The translations under genes were made by a program, and so were the position numbers. Of a DNA stretch of 64,000 bases, positions 23,689-33,478 are shown piece by piece. Source of the stretch: Candidatus Aminicenantes bacterium. GTDB lineage: Bacteria; Acidobacteriota; Aminicenantia; Aminicenantales; JAFGAV01. Numbering within the stretch: the stretch's first letter is position 1; each line of letters begins with the position of its first letter. Under the pieces are notes generated by a model. That model was not told where the DNA came from. It worked only from the letters and a program-made list of their open reading frames with translations, and ran no database searches. The stretch spans positions 1,270,075-1,334,074 of the forward strand of contig OY970122.1 of the NCBI GenBank assembly GCA_963705895.1, in the 5' to 3' direction.

Positions 23689-25010
23689 AAGGCCGCGAAG
23701 TCGTCCTTCTGGTCTTTATCATCGCCGCCGGCGTCCTGCTGACCCAGACCTACCGGGGCAACATCAACTGGGACTGGAACTGGGGCGATTGGGACGGCCC
23801 TCTGTTCGGCTTATCGCATGAGGCCGCGGCCCAGGAAGCACGAACGATCGAACAGCCCCTGCCCCAGGAGCTCCGCGTGGTCAACAACCACGGCGATGTG
23901 GTGGTCGAGCCCTCGGCCGACGGCCTAATGACCGTCTCGCTCGAAAAGAAAGCCTACGCGCGGACCGAAGAGGAGGCCCGCCAGGCGGCCGAAGCTCTGC
24001 ATCTGACCGTGAGCCGCGAGGGTTCGAAGCTCGTCTTGTCCACGAACCGCGACGATTTCCGGCGGCGTCGTTTCCAGACGAACTTCCGCATCACGGCGCC
24101 CGAGGGCTTGACGGTCGATATCGAGAACAGCTACGGCCTGGTTAAAACGGTCAAGACCGGCCCGACGACCGTGGCCAATTCCCACGGCGCGGTCACGGCC
24201 GAAAGCGTCCGGGGGGCCTATGTTTGCCGGACGAGCTATGAGGACGTCAACGTCTCGGACGCGGCGGCCGACTGCCGCGTCGAGTCCCACCACGGCTCGG
24301 TCACGATCCTAAGGGTCAAAGGCCCGGCTCGCGTCACGGACAGCTACGGCGAGGTTCGCCTCGAAGACGCGGCCGGCGATGTCACGGTGAACGGCTCTCA
24401 CGCTGAGGTGACGGGCCGCAGGCTGGCCGGCACGGTCAGGGTCGAAACAACCTACAGGGATATCTCCTTGGCCGAGGTCGGGCCGGCCACGGTCATCGGC
24501 CATCATTCGGGAATTGAGGTCAGCGAGGCTAAGGGCTCCGTGGACATTACGGACAATTACGGCCGGGTCGGCCTTAAAGGAATTCAGGGCAGCCTGACCG
24601 TCAGCGGCCGAAGCCTGGAGATCTCGGGCCGGGCCTGCGCCGGACCGCTTATCTCGATCACGACATCCTATGAAAACATCGACTTGGCTGATTTCTCCGG
24701 CAAGGCGGATATCACCGCCTCGCATGCCAACGTTTCCCTCGCCCCCGCTCGCATCGGCGGAGATATCCTGGTCAAAGGTGACTACGGAGAGATCCGCCTC
24801 ATTTGGCCGGCGGGCAGTCGAAACCCGTTCGAAGCGCGGACCCGCTACGGGAAGGTCTGTTGGAACCTTTCCGAAAAGCCGGACTTGGACGAGACGAACG
24901 GATTGTCCCTGGTCAAGGCCTTCGGAGCGGAAACGGGCCAACCCCGCGTCTCGTTGAGCACGAGCTACGCCGATATCGTCATCGAGGCGGCCGGCCCGGG
25001 CAAGACCTAA
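23685..25010 (+). CDS. DUF4097 (LiaG-like toast-rack beta-repeat) membrane-anchored protein
   Basis: The ATGA-overlapped start reads MKGREVVLLVFIIAAGVLL. It has repeated S-x-G-x-V/I-x-L/V strands (SYGEVRLEDAAGDVTV, NYGRVGLKGIQGSLTV, DYGEIRLIW). Confidence 0.65.
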   Translation: MKGREVVLLVFIIAAGVLLTQTYRGNINWDWNWGDWDGPLFGLSHEAAAQEARTIEQPLPQELRVVNNHGDVVVEPSADGLMTVSLEKKAYARTEEEARQAAEALHLTVSREGSKLVLSTNRDDFRRRRFQTNFRITAPEGLTVDIENSYGLVKTVKTGPTTVANSHGAVTAESVRGAYVCRTSYEDVNVSDAAADCRVESHHGSVTILRVKGPARVTDSYGEVRLEDAAGDVTVNGSHAEVTGRRLAGTVRVETTYRDISLAEVGPATVIGHHSGIEVSEAKGSVDITDNYGRVGLKGIQGSLTVSGRSLEISGRACAGPLISITTSYENIDLADFSGKADITASHANVSLAPARIGGDILVKGDYGEIRLIWPAGSRNPFEARTRYGKVCWNLSEKPDLDETNGLSLVKAFGAETGQPRVSLSTSYADIVIEAAGPGKT

Positions 25011-25033
25011 GCACGGTCGGAGTACACGAGGAG

Positions 25034-25064
25034 GGCGCTCTCCGGGCGGAGGGCGTCTTTTTTT
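25034..25064 (+). terminator. rho-independent terminator
   Basis: A GC-rich hairpin (GGCGCTCTCC/GGGC/GGAGGGCGTC, with G-U wobbles) is followed by seven T residues. Confidence 0.55.
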
Positions 25065-25075
25065 ATGGGCCGATC

Positions 25076-26032
25076 TTAGGCGTGATGGTGATTCCGGTAG
25101 CGGCGGATCTTGTCGGTCAAAAGGCCGTTGATCTTGATGTTGAAATAGGAGATCAGGTTAGTGATGTCCTTCTTGTACTTGGTCACGTAGCGCACGAAGT
25201 CGTTCTCCAGCTTGAACCGCAGGATGTTCTCGAACTCCTCCACCTCGTCGTGGAGCTCGATGAGGTAGTGGTTGATGGCCCGGTACTGGGCGTTGAACTC
25301 GATGAGCTCCTTGCCCCCGACCTTGTCCAGGTCGACGTGCGGCGGCAGGGACTGGAGAATGAGGTCGCTCTCGGAGCTAAGCTCATTGCACAGCTCCTGG
25401 ATCTCCTGGAAGAACGACTTGTAGTCGAGCGGGGCGGCCAGCTTTTCCTCGGCCCGGTCGATGAGCACCCCGCACTGGTCACGGAGGGAGCTGATGAACT
25501 CGTCCACCCCGAAATACTTCCGTGGAAAATGGAACAGGTCGACGAAATCCCGGCCGATGTAGATCTTGTCCTCGTAATGGCTCAGGACCTCCAGGGGCGA
25601 GTGGGTGTAATACTTGACCTCAAAGCGGCGGCCGGCCGAATCACGGTCCCGCATCCGGGCCAGGACAAGGTAGCTGTTCTGCTCGACGAAGTAGCTGTTG
25701 ATGTCCAGGAGGACAGAGTAAACGGCCAGGTTCTGGATGAGCATCTCCTTGAGGTAGTTGAGAAGGTTCCCGTTCCGGGTGATGAAGTCGTTGACCGTGC
25801 CGCTCGGCCGCGGGTTCAAGATCGAGTAGGAGGGGGAGAGAAGATAGAGGGCGGCACCCGACCCCAGCTCGAGGTGAAGGTTCTTCAGCGTCTTCTGATG
25901 AAGATCGTCCAGGAGGGCAAGGGGCAGGGACGGCAGCTTCTTAGCGTCGAGCTTGGCCAGTTCTTCGATCTCGTTCATGGTCGGTTCCATTGGGCCGAAA
26001 TGAAGCATATCACCGGAAATTTCAAAAATCAA
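25076..26032 (-). CDS. hypothetical soluble protein (~300 aa)
   Basis: Long ORF with non-shadow-like composition (Tyr/Phe/Asn/Leu-rich, HHHA tail). No family recognised. Start (M1, M15 or M19) unresolved. Confidence 0.55.
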   Translation of the reverse strand: MIFEISGDMLHFGPMEPTMNEIEELAKLDAKKLPSLPLALLDDLHQKTLKNLHLELGSGAALYLLSPSYSILNPRPSGTVNDFITRNGNLLNYLKEMLIQNLAVYSVLLDINSYFVEQNSYLVLARMRDRDSAGRRFEVKYYTHSPLEVLSHYEDKIYIGRDFVDLFHFPRKYFGVDEFISSLRDQCGVLIDRAEEKLAAPLDYKSFFQEIQELCNELSSESDLILQSLPPHVDLDKVGGKELIEFNAQYRAINHYLIELHDEVEEFENILRFKLENDFVRYVTKYKKDITNLISYFNIKINGLLTDKIRRYRNHHHA

Positions 26033-26835
26033 TCAAGCCCGTCCGCCTTCCGGCGCTCGGTCCAATCACGGTTCGCGTAGCGGGACTCCTGGATTCGGCG
26101 TATCGCGGTTCGGTCCTCGTCCATGAAGGCCAGGGGGGCGAACTCGACCCCGAAGAAGTCCTCCAGGCCGGCCACGAAGTGTTTCACCGTCCCAGCAAAG
26201 TCCGCCGGACGGCCCAGGGCCTCGGACAAGGACGTTATGCGCAGGCCGACGGCCTTCCGGTCAAGGAACGACACCGCCCGAAGCAGAGCCTCATCCTTCT
26301 CGAGGGGGATCGATCCGTGCTGAAGGAACTTGGCCCCCACCCGCTTCTGGGCGCTGCCGATGATCTTTTTTCCGTTCCATTCGACCTCATCCAGGCCCGG
26401 GTGGGAAAAACACGGCAGGGTCCCCCGCACGTAGGCCGGGGGCGGCGGACCGGCTAGCAAAGCTTCAACACCCATCAGGGACAGACCGCTCATGAGGCCC
26501 CGGGAGATCAGCCGGTAGGAATCACTCAGGTTCGAAGTGAAGGTCCCCGCGTCCGAAGAGCTGATGGAATAAGTGACTTCCTGATGGTGAAGAACAAGCT
26601 TGCCGCCCGTGATCCGTCGGACAATGTTGATGCCGTTCTGCCGGCAAAAGCCCGCGTCCACGACGCGCGACATCTCCTGGGAGTAGCCCAGGGAAGCCGT
26701 GGGCCGCGTCCATTGGTAGAACCGGACCGTGGTTTCCGGCGCATCGGGCAGGGACCGGAAGAGAAACTCATCGACGGCCATGTTCCACGACCCCTCGGCC
26801 GGGGCCGCGTCAATGATGAGATTCCAGCGTTTCAG
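26029..26835 (-). CDS. lipoate-protein ligase / octanoyltransferase (LplA/LipM family)
   Basis: WNLIIDAAPAEGSWNMAVDEFLF ... RFYQWTRPTASLGYSQ ... RRITGGKLVLHHQEVTYS ... GKKIIGSAQKRVGAKFLQHGSI parallels LipM. No ATG/GTG/TTG precedes WNLIID in frame, and an out-of-frame ATG lies at 26857. The start is therefore uncertain, and a 5' indel is possible. Confidence 0.7.
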   Translation of the reverse strand: MKRWNLIIDAAPAEGSWNMAVDEFLFRSLPDAPETTVRFYQWTRPTASLGYSQEMSRVVDAGFCRQNGINIVRRITGGKLVLHHQEVTYSISSSDAGTFTSNLSDSYRLISRGLMSGLSLMGVEALLAGPPPPAYVRGTLPCFSHPGLDEVEWNGKKIIGSAQKRVGAKFLQHGSIPLEKDEALLRAVSFLDRKAVGLRITSLSEALGRPADFAGTVKHFVAGLEDFFGVEFAPLAFMDEDRTAIRRIQESRYANRDWTERRKADGLD

Positions 26836-26872
26836 GTCTCGCCTCCGGCTCGGGCATGAAAATAAAAAAAAG

Positions 26873-26944
26873 AGCGGGCAACGGGATTCGAACCCGCGAC
26901 TCCGAGCTTGGGAAGCTCGCACTCTACCGCTGAGTTATGCCCGC
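26873..26944 (-). tRNA. tRNA-Gly (anticodon CCC)
   Basis: 72 nt: GCGGGCATAACTCAGCGGTAGAGTGCGAGCTTCCCAAGCTCGGAGTCGCGGGTTCGAATCCCGTTGCCCGCT. All four stems pair, and no CCA is encoded. Confidence 0.9.
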
Positions 26945-27070
26945 CCAGCCTGTCCAGCAAGTGATTTCTTTGCTCTTTAAAAACTCGCAACTTCGGCTCC
27001 CCTTTCGGAGCAAAGCTATCTTAGCGATTTTCCGCGGTGATTTCAACTGGAATGGCGCGGCTCGGGCCGT

Positions 27071-27898
27071 CTATTTCTTGATGATCTCGACCCGGCGATT
27101 CTTAGCCCGGCCCTCCTCGGAGCGGTTGTCGGCCACGGGCTTTTCCTGACCCCAGCCCACGGCGGTCAGGCGGCCCATCTCGATCCCTTTGGCCGCGACG
27201 GCCGCCGCAACCGCTTTGGCCCTCTGCTCCGAAAGGACTTTGTTGCTTTTCGCATCGCCGATGTTGTCGGTATGGCCCTCGATACTGAGCTTCAGTTCAG
27301 GATTTTCCCTGAGAAGAACGGCGATCTGTTCCACGATGGGCTCGGACTCGGGCTTGATGACCGCCTGACCCGTGTCAAAATGGATATCAAGGGCCATGAA
27401 GCCGTCCTTGTCCAGCGCGGCGAGCATATCGCCGGCCGTGACCTCCTGGGCCATCTCGCCCAATTCCAGGATGGTCAGGGAATAAACCGTCCCGCTGTTG
27501 TAGATCGAGACGTCGATCCAGATCTCCTTGCCGTTCTTGACCAGCTGCAACGTGCAGGAACCCTCGGATTGAGAGACGACCGAACCGCCCATGGATTTAA
27601 CTGCGTTCGCATAGTTCTTCCGGATCTGGAATTCCGAAGGGGCGGCGGCGTTTTCGTTCAGGCTGTAATTGATCTTGGTCTTCTGACCTTCCAGCGTCTT
27701 CGTCCCGTCATCGAGGCGGAATTCGACCTGGTCATAGTTGCTTTCACAGCTGGAGATGGTGAAGCCTTTTAGCCGGGACAGCAAAGGAGAATCCTTGCAG
27801 CCTTCGGCGTCCTCCTCCTGGGCGATACAAACGCCGGACGTCACGAACAGCATGACGGAGATCATAAGCACAATGAGAACTGATTTGCCAAATTTCAT
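27071..27898 (-). CDS. OmpA-family protein (signal peptide, N-terminal domain, C-terminal OmpA-like peptidoglycan-binding domain)
   Basis: LSIEGHTDNIGDAKSNKVLSEQRAKAV ... GWGQEKPVADNRSEEGRAKNRRVEI. Confidence 0.8.
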   Translation of the reverse strand: MKFGKSVLIVLMISVMLFVTSGVCIAQEEDAEGCKDSPLLSRLKGFTISSCESNYDQVEFRLDDGTKTLEGQKTKINYSLNENAAAPSEFQIRKNYANAVKSMGGSVVSQSEGSCTLQLVKNGKEIWIDVSIYNSGTVYSLTILELGEMAQEVTAGDMLAALDKDGFMALDIHFDTGQAVIKPESEPIVEQIAVLLRENPELKLSIEGHTDNIGDAKSNKVLSEQRAKAVAAAVAAKGIEMGRLTAVGWGQEKPVADNRSEEGRAKNRRVEIIKK

Positions 27899-28093
27899 GT
27901 TATCCTCCCTCCGTAAGTATAAAGAATCCCCCCGCTCATGACAAGCACGGAGCGGAGGATTCCCGGCGCACCCTTCTTTGCCGACGGCTTCGTCGGGGTA
28001 TACTCGCGAAAATGACCGGCGTGGTGGAATTTTCGGAATGCGAACAGCACATGAGCTCCGGCCGCGAAAGGACGGCCATCCCCTCCCCCGGCC

Positions 28094-29455
28094 TCAGAAG
28101 AATTCCCGGTGAAGAGCCTGGATGGCTTTGTCCCCATCCGACTGCTTGACGATGAAGTACGTCGCCACCTCCGAGGCTCCGGACGAGATCATCTCCACAT
28201 TGACCCCGGCCCGCGAGACCGAGGAAAAGATCCTGGCCGCCAGCCCTTTCCTATGACGGAGGCCCTCGCCCACGGCCGCGATCAGGACGACGTCATCCCC
28301 CAGGTCGACGCGCTCGATGACCCCTCCCCGCTCCGCTTTCAGCGATTCATAGCTCCGGCCGGCGTCCTTCCGGTCAACGAGAAGGTTTATGCAGGTCTGC
28401 GCGGTGATGATCGAGTAGATGTTGATCCCCAGGGCGGACAGCCTCTGACCGATCTCGCCGATGATGCCGGGCTTGTACCCGACCCCCGGCCCGTGGACCC
28501 TCAGCAGGGCGACGTTCGGGTTCGAGGTCACGCTCTTGATGACGTCCTTCCGCACCGCGCCGTTGGGCAGGATCCTCGTCCCCGGGCTGTCGGGTTTCCA
28601 GAGATTCTTGATGACGACCGTGGTCGGCCGGCCGCGAAGAGGCTCGAGGGTCCGGGGATGCAGGATCCTGGCCCCAAAGTAGGACAACTCAGCCGCTTCA
28701 TAATAAGACAGGCGATCGATCCTGCGCGCCCCGGGAACCAGCTTGGGGTCGGCACTCATGAAGCCATCAACGTCCTTCCATATCTCCAGGCAGGAGGCTT
28801 CGAGGCCGAAGGCCACCACGGCCGCGCTGTAGTCCGAACCGTTGCGGCCGAAGGTCGCCACTCTGCCGCGGGGCGTGACTCCGAAAAAGCCGGTGATGAC
28901 CGGAACCGAACGGCCGCGGCCGATTCGCAGGGCGCGTTTGACGTTCATCTTGAAGGCCGCCAGGTCGACGGTGGCGTTCTCCACGGCGTCGTCGGTGACC
29001 ATGCCGATCCTGTCGCTTTCCCATCGTTGCGCGGGCACGCCCCGGTCTCTGAGGACCGAGGCCAGGAGGAGCGCGGCCAGCCGCTCTCCATAGCTCACGA
29101 GGTGGGAGCGCGTCGAGGCCGTCACTTCTGATGTATAAGAGATCCCGTAGAGAAGCCGCTCCACCTTCTTCAACCCGGCCTCGAGACCCTGCCGGGTCTC
29201 GCGTTGAAGCGATCCGTCACGGATGAGGGAGTCGGCTAACGACTGATGGACGTGCCTGATCTTCCCCAGGCTTCGCTCGACGCTCTCTTCGCTTTTCTCC
29301 GCCCGGCGCCCGGCTTCAAGCAAAAGGTCCGTAACGCCTGAAACCGCGGAGACGACGACCGCGCGTCTCTCGGACTCGCGACCGATGACGTCCGCCGCCC
29401 GGGCGAAGCTCGCCGCGTCTTTCAGGCACCCTCCTCCGAATTTCATGATTTTCAT
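28094..29455 (-). CDS. lysC: aspartate kinase
   Basis: MKIMKFGGGCL ... VVVSAVSGVTDLL ... GRNGSDYSAAV, with C-terminal ACT repeats. Confidence 0.85.
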   Translation of the reverse strand: MKIMKFGGGCLKDAASFARAADVIGRESERRAVVVSAVSGVTDLLLEAGRRAEKSEESVERSLGKIRHVHQSLADSLIRDGSLQRETRQGLEAGLKKVERLLYGISYTSEVTASTRSHLVSYGERLAALLLASVLRDRGVPAQRWESDRIGMVTDDAVENATVDLAAFKMNVKRALRIGRGRSVPVITGFFGVTPRGRVATFGRNGSDYSAAVVAFGLEASCLEIWKDVDGFMSADPKLVPGARRIDRLSYYEAAELSYFGARILHPRTLEPLRGRPTTVVIKNLWKPDSPGTRILPNGAVRKDVIKSVTSNPNVALLRVHGPGVGYKPGIIGEIGQRLSALGINIYSIITAQTCINLLVDRKDAGRSYESLKAERGGVIERVDLGDDVVLIAAVGEGLRHRKGLAARIFSSVSRAGVNVEMISSGASEVATYFIVKQSDGDKAIQALHREFF

Positions 29456-29482
29456 GGATCGTCCTCCGGCATGACTCGGGGC

Positions 29483-30616
29483 TCAGCCGAAAAGTCCCTG
29501 GCGGAACGCCAGCTCGGCGTTGAGAAGGCACGCTCCGGCCGCTCCCCGGATGATGTTATGCACCAGGGCAAAGCCGTTGAGGGAGCTCCCCTTCCCTCTG
29601 AGCCGGCCCACGGTCACGGCCATTCCCCGGGCCCGCTCGGGAGTGCCGGCCAGCGCGTCCAGCACGGGTTGAGGCCTGTCCTCTTCGGTTCTCACGAGAA
29701 CCGGACGCTCGGGAGCCGTGGGCAAGCACAGGTCCTGAGCGAGACCGCGGAAATCGGCCAGGGCTTGCCCGGCTTCACGGGCGTCGACCGGGCGATCGAA
29801 ATCCAGCCGCAGACTCAGGAGATGTCCGTCGCGTACGGGAACCCGGCAGCAGCTGGCGTTGACTTGAAGCTCCGCGGCCCGAATCCCGCCGCCCTCCATC
29901 TGACCCAGGATCTTGCGGGATTCGCGGGCCATTTTGAGCTCCTCGTCCCGGATGAAAGGAATGATGTTGGCCGCGATATCCATGGCTGCGACTCCGCGTC
30001 GGCCCGCGCCCGAGATCGCCTGGAAGGTCGTGACCGTCACCGCAGCGAGGCCCAATCGCTCCAGGGGTTTGAGGACCAGGACCAGGCCCGCGGTCGAGCA
30101 GTTGGAATTGGTGACGATCGCCCCGCCGCAGGCCGAGGCCTGACGCCGAGCCAGGTCGAGATGGCCGGGGTTGATCTCCGGGATGAGAATCGGGACATCC
30201 GGGTCGAGACGACGGCTCGAAGCGTTGGAAAAGACAAAAAGGCCCCGGCGCCTCAGCTCGGGTTCGAGCCCCTCGGCTGCGGCGCCGGGCAAAGCGCAGA
30301 ACGCGACCCGGGCGCCGCCGGAGCAAAGGGCATCGCCCGAGCTGTCGAGAATAGTGAGGTCGGCGGCGGCGGGGGGAACTTCCCCGCCGATCATCCAGGA
30401 CACGGCCGAACCGTACCTCTTCCCGGCCGAGCGGGGCGATGACGCCAGGCCGACCATCTCGAAATAGGGATGGTCCTCGAGCATCCGGACAAAGTGCTGA
30501 CCGACGAGCCCCGTGGCGCCGAGCACGACGGTCTTGACCTTATTTTTCGGTGAGTTCAAGGTTGAGCCCTCCCTGCCGTGCGTCCGGCCGATCCTGTTCG
30601 GCGCGGAGTCCCCCAT
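29483..30616 (-). CDS. asd: aspartate-semialdehyde dehydrogenase
   Basis: VVLGATGLVGQHFVRML ... SNCSTAGLVLVLKPL ... SGAG. The start is uncertain. The ATG at 30616 overlaps metA by 77 nt, and a TTG at 30556 is an alternative. Confidence 0.8.
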   Translation of the reverse strand: MGDSAPNRIGRTHGREGSTLNSPKNKVKTVVLGATGLVGQHFVRMLEDHPYFEMVGLASSPRSAGKRYGSAVSWMIGGEVPPAAADLTILDSSGDALCSGGARVAFCALPGAAAEGLEPELRRRGLFVFSNASSRRLDPDVPILIPEINPGHLDLARRQASACGGAIVTNSNCSTAGLVLVLKPLERLGLAAVTVTTFQAISGAGRRGVAAMDIAANIIPFIRDEELKMARESRKILGQMEGGGIRAAELQVNASCCRVPVRDGHLLSLRLDFDRPVDAREAGQALADFRGLAQDLCLPTAPERPVLVRTEEDRPQPVLDALAGTPERARGMAVTVGRLRGKGSSLNGFALVHNIIRGAAGACLLNAELAFRQGLFG

Positions 30617-31562
30617 TCCGGCGCCCGCTCGCCGCCTCCGCCCCCCGGCCGTTCGCCTCCCGCTCGCGATCGAACGAGACGCTGTCGTGAATGAACTTGA
30701 TCCATTGGGAAAAAAATTCAGAGCCCTGGCCTTTCCAGCGATTGACCGGATGTTCGATGTCCAGGTTCTTGGGCGGCTCTACGCCCGGCTTGCCGGCTTG
30801 TAGGTCCCGCAGGTATTCCTCGACGAGCCGCCGGGCATTGTATTCCGGATGCCCCAGGTGCATTAGGTAGCGATGCTCCGCGCTTTCAAATATCGTGTAG
30901 CCCGCCTCGGCTGAGTGGGCCAGCAGGTTGATTCTTCCTTTGTCCCTTTCCTGGATCATGACCTTATCTGGAATTCCCGAGAAGCGGCTTTGCGGGCACC
31001 AGAAGACATCGTCCATCTCGCCGGTTATTCGATGCTGCGGGTCGAGGTTGCGCGTCTCGAACACGCCGAAGAGTTTTTTAGGGAAGATGACGTTGTCGAT
31101 GCCCAATTGCTTAGCCAGAGCCAGGCCCCCCCAGCATATGCCCAGAGTCGTAGGGATGTTTTCGCGGGCGTAGTCGAGAATGTGCTGGACCTCGTTCCAG
31201 TAGGTTACGGTTTCGAAGGGAATGTCTTCGACCGGAGCGCCGGTCAGGATGAGTCCGTCCAGCGGAGCCTGGGCAATCGCCTCGTCAAAATACACATAGA
31301 GGTTCTTCAGGTGCTCCCAATCGCTGCTGGTGTACTTGTGCGTTTTGAGCCGAATCCAGACGGGGTCGATTTGGAGGACCGACCTTCCCAGCGGATGCAG
31401 CAGGCTGAACTCGTAGGCCTCGGCTTTGGGCATGATGTTGAGAATGCCGATGCGCAGGGCCCGGATGTCTTCGCGCAGGGCATCTTCGGGCTCGATGCAG
31501 AGGATTCGGCGCTCCTGCAGAGCCTGACAAAGATGGTAGTTTTTCGGAACGACGATGGTCAT
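30540..31562 (-). CDS. metA: homoserine O-acyltransferase (MetA family)
   Basis: IRALRIGILNIMPKAEAYEFSLLHPLG ... LGICWGGLALA ... YLMHLGHPEY. It has a ~35-aa Arg/Gly-rich C-terminal tail. Confidence 0.85.
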   Translation of the reverse strand: MTIVVPKNYHLCQALQERRILCIEPEDALREDIRALRIGILNIMPKAEAYEFSLLHPLGRSVLQIDPVWIRLKTHKYTSSDWEHLKNLYVYFDEAIAQAPLDGLILTGAPVEDIPFETVTYWNEVQHILDYARENIPTTLGICWGGLALAKQLGIDNVIFPKKLFGVFETRNLDPQHRITGEMDDVFWCPQSRFSGIPDKVMIQERDKGRINLLAHSAEAGYTIFESAEHRYLMHLGHPEYNARRLVEEYLRDLQAGKPGVEPPKNLDIEHPVNRWKGQGSEFFSQWIKFIHDSVSFDREREANGRGAEAASGRRNGGLRAEQDRPDARQGGLNLELTEK

Positions 31563-31678
31563 GGTCTTGTTATCCTCCTCAAGCTGCGGCCGCGCGGCCG
31601 GTCGAGCCGCGGGTCGCCAAGCAAGTTTTCAAAGAATTCATTTGGCTTTTCCTCATCACGCCCCGGGCGCGGTCCGGT

Positions 31679-33055
31679 TTAGGCTTCGGCGCCGCGGCCA
31701 GCAGACCCGGGGATGAGAGACAGGGCTTCGTCCAGGCTTTCAATGAGGTCGTCCGGATGTTCGAGCCCGATCGACAGCCGAACCAGGTCGGGCGTGACTC
31801 CACCCGACCTCTGCTGGGCTTCCGAGAGCTGGGAATGGGTCGTGCTGGCCGGGTGAAGGATCAGACTCTTGGCGTCCCCGACATTGGCCAGATGGGAAAA
31901 CAACCTGATATTGTCGATGAGCGTGACCGCGGCGTCGTGCCCGCCCTTGAGTCCGAAGACCACCATACCCCCGAACCCCTTTGTAAGAAACTTTTTAGCG
32001 GTCGCATAGGAAGGATCGCCCGGCAGGCCGGGATAGCGGACCCAGGCCACCGCGGGATGATTCTGGAGATAGCGGGCCACGCTCAACGCATTTTCGCAGT
32101 GGCGGGCCATCCGCACCGGGAGCGTTTCGAGGCCCTGGAGGAACACCCAGGCGTTGTCCGGCGAGAGGCAGGCGCCCAGGTTGCGCAGGGCCACGTTTCT
32201 GAGCCTCACGGCAAAGGGCGTGCGGGCCAGCGGCTCGGGCAGGTCGAACGCCCACCGCAGTCCATGTGCGTTGTCGTCGGGCTCGGTCAGGAGCGGATGG
32301 CGTCCCCCCTTTCCGTCGAACGTCCCGGCGTCGGTCACGGCTCCGCCGATGGCCGTCCCGTGCCCGCCCAGCCACTTGGTCAGGGAATTGATGACGATGT
32401 CCGCGCCATGGTCGATGGCCCTCAGGAGGTAGGGCGTCGTGAACGTGCCGTCCACGATGAGGGGCAGCCCGTGACGGTGGGCCGTTTCGGCCGCGGCCCG
32501 GATATCCGCAACATCGAGCGAAGGGTTGCCGATCGTTTCCACGAACAGGGCCCGGGTCGTGTCCGTCACCGCGTCCGCCAGTCGTTCCGGGTCCTTCACA
32601 TCCGCGAACTTGACCGTGATGCCCAACTTGGGCAGGATGGCGTCGAACTGGGTATAGGTCCCGCCGTAGAGGTTGCCGGCCGAAACGATATCATCGCCCG
32701 CCTGGGCGAGAGTGATGACGGCAGAGAACACGGCCGCGGTCCCGGACGCCAGGGCAATGGATGCCGCGCCGCCCTCGAGCTGAGTCAGGCGCTCCTCGAG
32801 AACCTCGGTCGTGGGGTTCGAGATCCGGGTATAAATATGACCCGGCGCTTTTAAAGCGAAAAGGTCGGCCGCATGCGCGGCGCTCTTAAAAACGTAGGAG
32901 CTGGTTCGGTAGACCGGCACGCCTCGCGACAGGGCGGCGTCGAGGGTTTGCCCGGCATGCAGGGCCAGGGTCTCAAAACGGTATCTCCCGGGAGCGGCTT
33001 TATGGCCCGCGCCGTTATCGCTGACGATGTGAGTTTTCGGGTCGGATTGCGACAC
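31679..33055 (-). CDS. metY: O-acetylhomoserine aminocarboxypropyltransferase/sulfhydrylase
   Basis: [11 protein letters not shown] ... [10 protein letters not shown] ... [16 protein letters not shown] ... [15 protein letters not shown] (PLP Lys). GTG start at 33055 with an AAGAGGAGG SD 6 nt upstream. Confidence 0.85.
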   Translation of the reverse strand: MSQSDPKTHIVSDNGAGHKAAPGRYRFETLALHAGQTLDAALSRGVPVYRTSSYVFKSAAHAADLFALKAPGHIYTRISNPTTEVLEERLTQLEGGAASIALASGTAAVFSAVITLAQAGDDIVSAGNLYGGTYTQFDAILPKLGITVKFADVKDPERLADAVTDTTRALFVETIGNPSLDVADIRAAAETAHRHGLPLIVDGTFTTPYLLRAIDHGADIVINSLTKWLGGHGTAIGGAVTDAGTFDGKGGRHPLLTEPDDNAHGLRWAFDLPEPLARTPFAVRLRNVALRNLGACLSPDNAWVFLQGLETLPVRMARHCENALSVARYLQNHPAVAWVRYPGLPGDPSYATAKKFLTKGFGGMVVFGLKGGHDAAVTLIDNIRLFSHLANVGDAKSLILHPASTTHSQLSEAQQRSGGVTPDLVRLSIGLEHPDDLIESLDEALSLIPGSAGRGAEA

Positions 33056-33288
33056 AATAGACCTCCTCTTAAGGTGCAGAACAAGGATAATAAGATAGGC
33101 CGCGAGATTGTTCCGGCTTGGGGTCATCCCGAATACCCGCCTCCGGCCTGGAGTGCGGCGTATTCGGGCTTCACATTATCATGCAGCCGAGCGGCTGAAG
33201 GCGGGAAAGAAAAAAACGGACGGAGGCGGACGACGACCTTTCGACCGTGTTCGTCCTCAGTTCAAAATGCGTGTCCATTTGCCGCGGA

Positions 33289-33317
33289 TTTATACCATAG
33301 AATCCGCGGGCTGTCAA
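33289..33317 (-). promoter_or_regulatory. sigma70-type promoter of the met operon leader, overlapped by a palindrome
   Basis: The minus strand reads TTGACA (33317-33312), a 17-nt spacer, then TATAAA (33294-33289). CCGCGGATT-N10-AATCCGCGG (33282-33309) straddles the -10 element. Confidence 0.6.
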
Positions 33318-33444
33318 ATGCAGTGAAAAAAAGATGTTGCGCGCCGAGCGTTTGAGCCTTCCCCTTCGGGAGCGGAGTCCGCGCCGCGGGGCAAGCGGGG
33401 GGACGCAGCTGTTTCTTTATCAATGCCGCCGTCCTCATGTATCA

Positions 33445-33452
33445 TGTATAAT
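33445..33452 (+). promoter_or_regulatory. extended -10 element (TGTATAAT) upstream of the HprK-like gene
   Basis: TG-n-TATAAT lies 27 nt upstream of the ATG at 33479. AAGAGGAGA SD is present. No good -35 element. Confidence 0.4.
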
Positions 33453-33478
33453 GAATACGGCAAGAGGAGAGTTCATCA

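Noticed and set aside
33056-33290. SAM-I (S-box) or T-box riboswitch in the met leader
   Set aside because: None of the conserved S-box core strings or the T-box sequence could be found by eye. The region is kept only as an unclassified structured leader.
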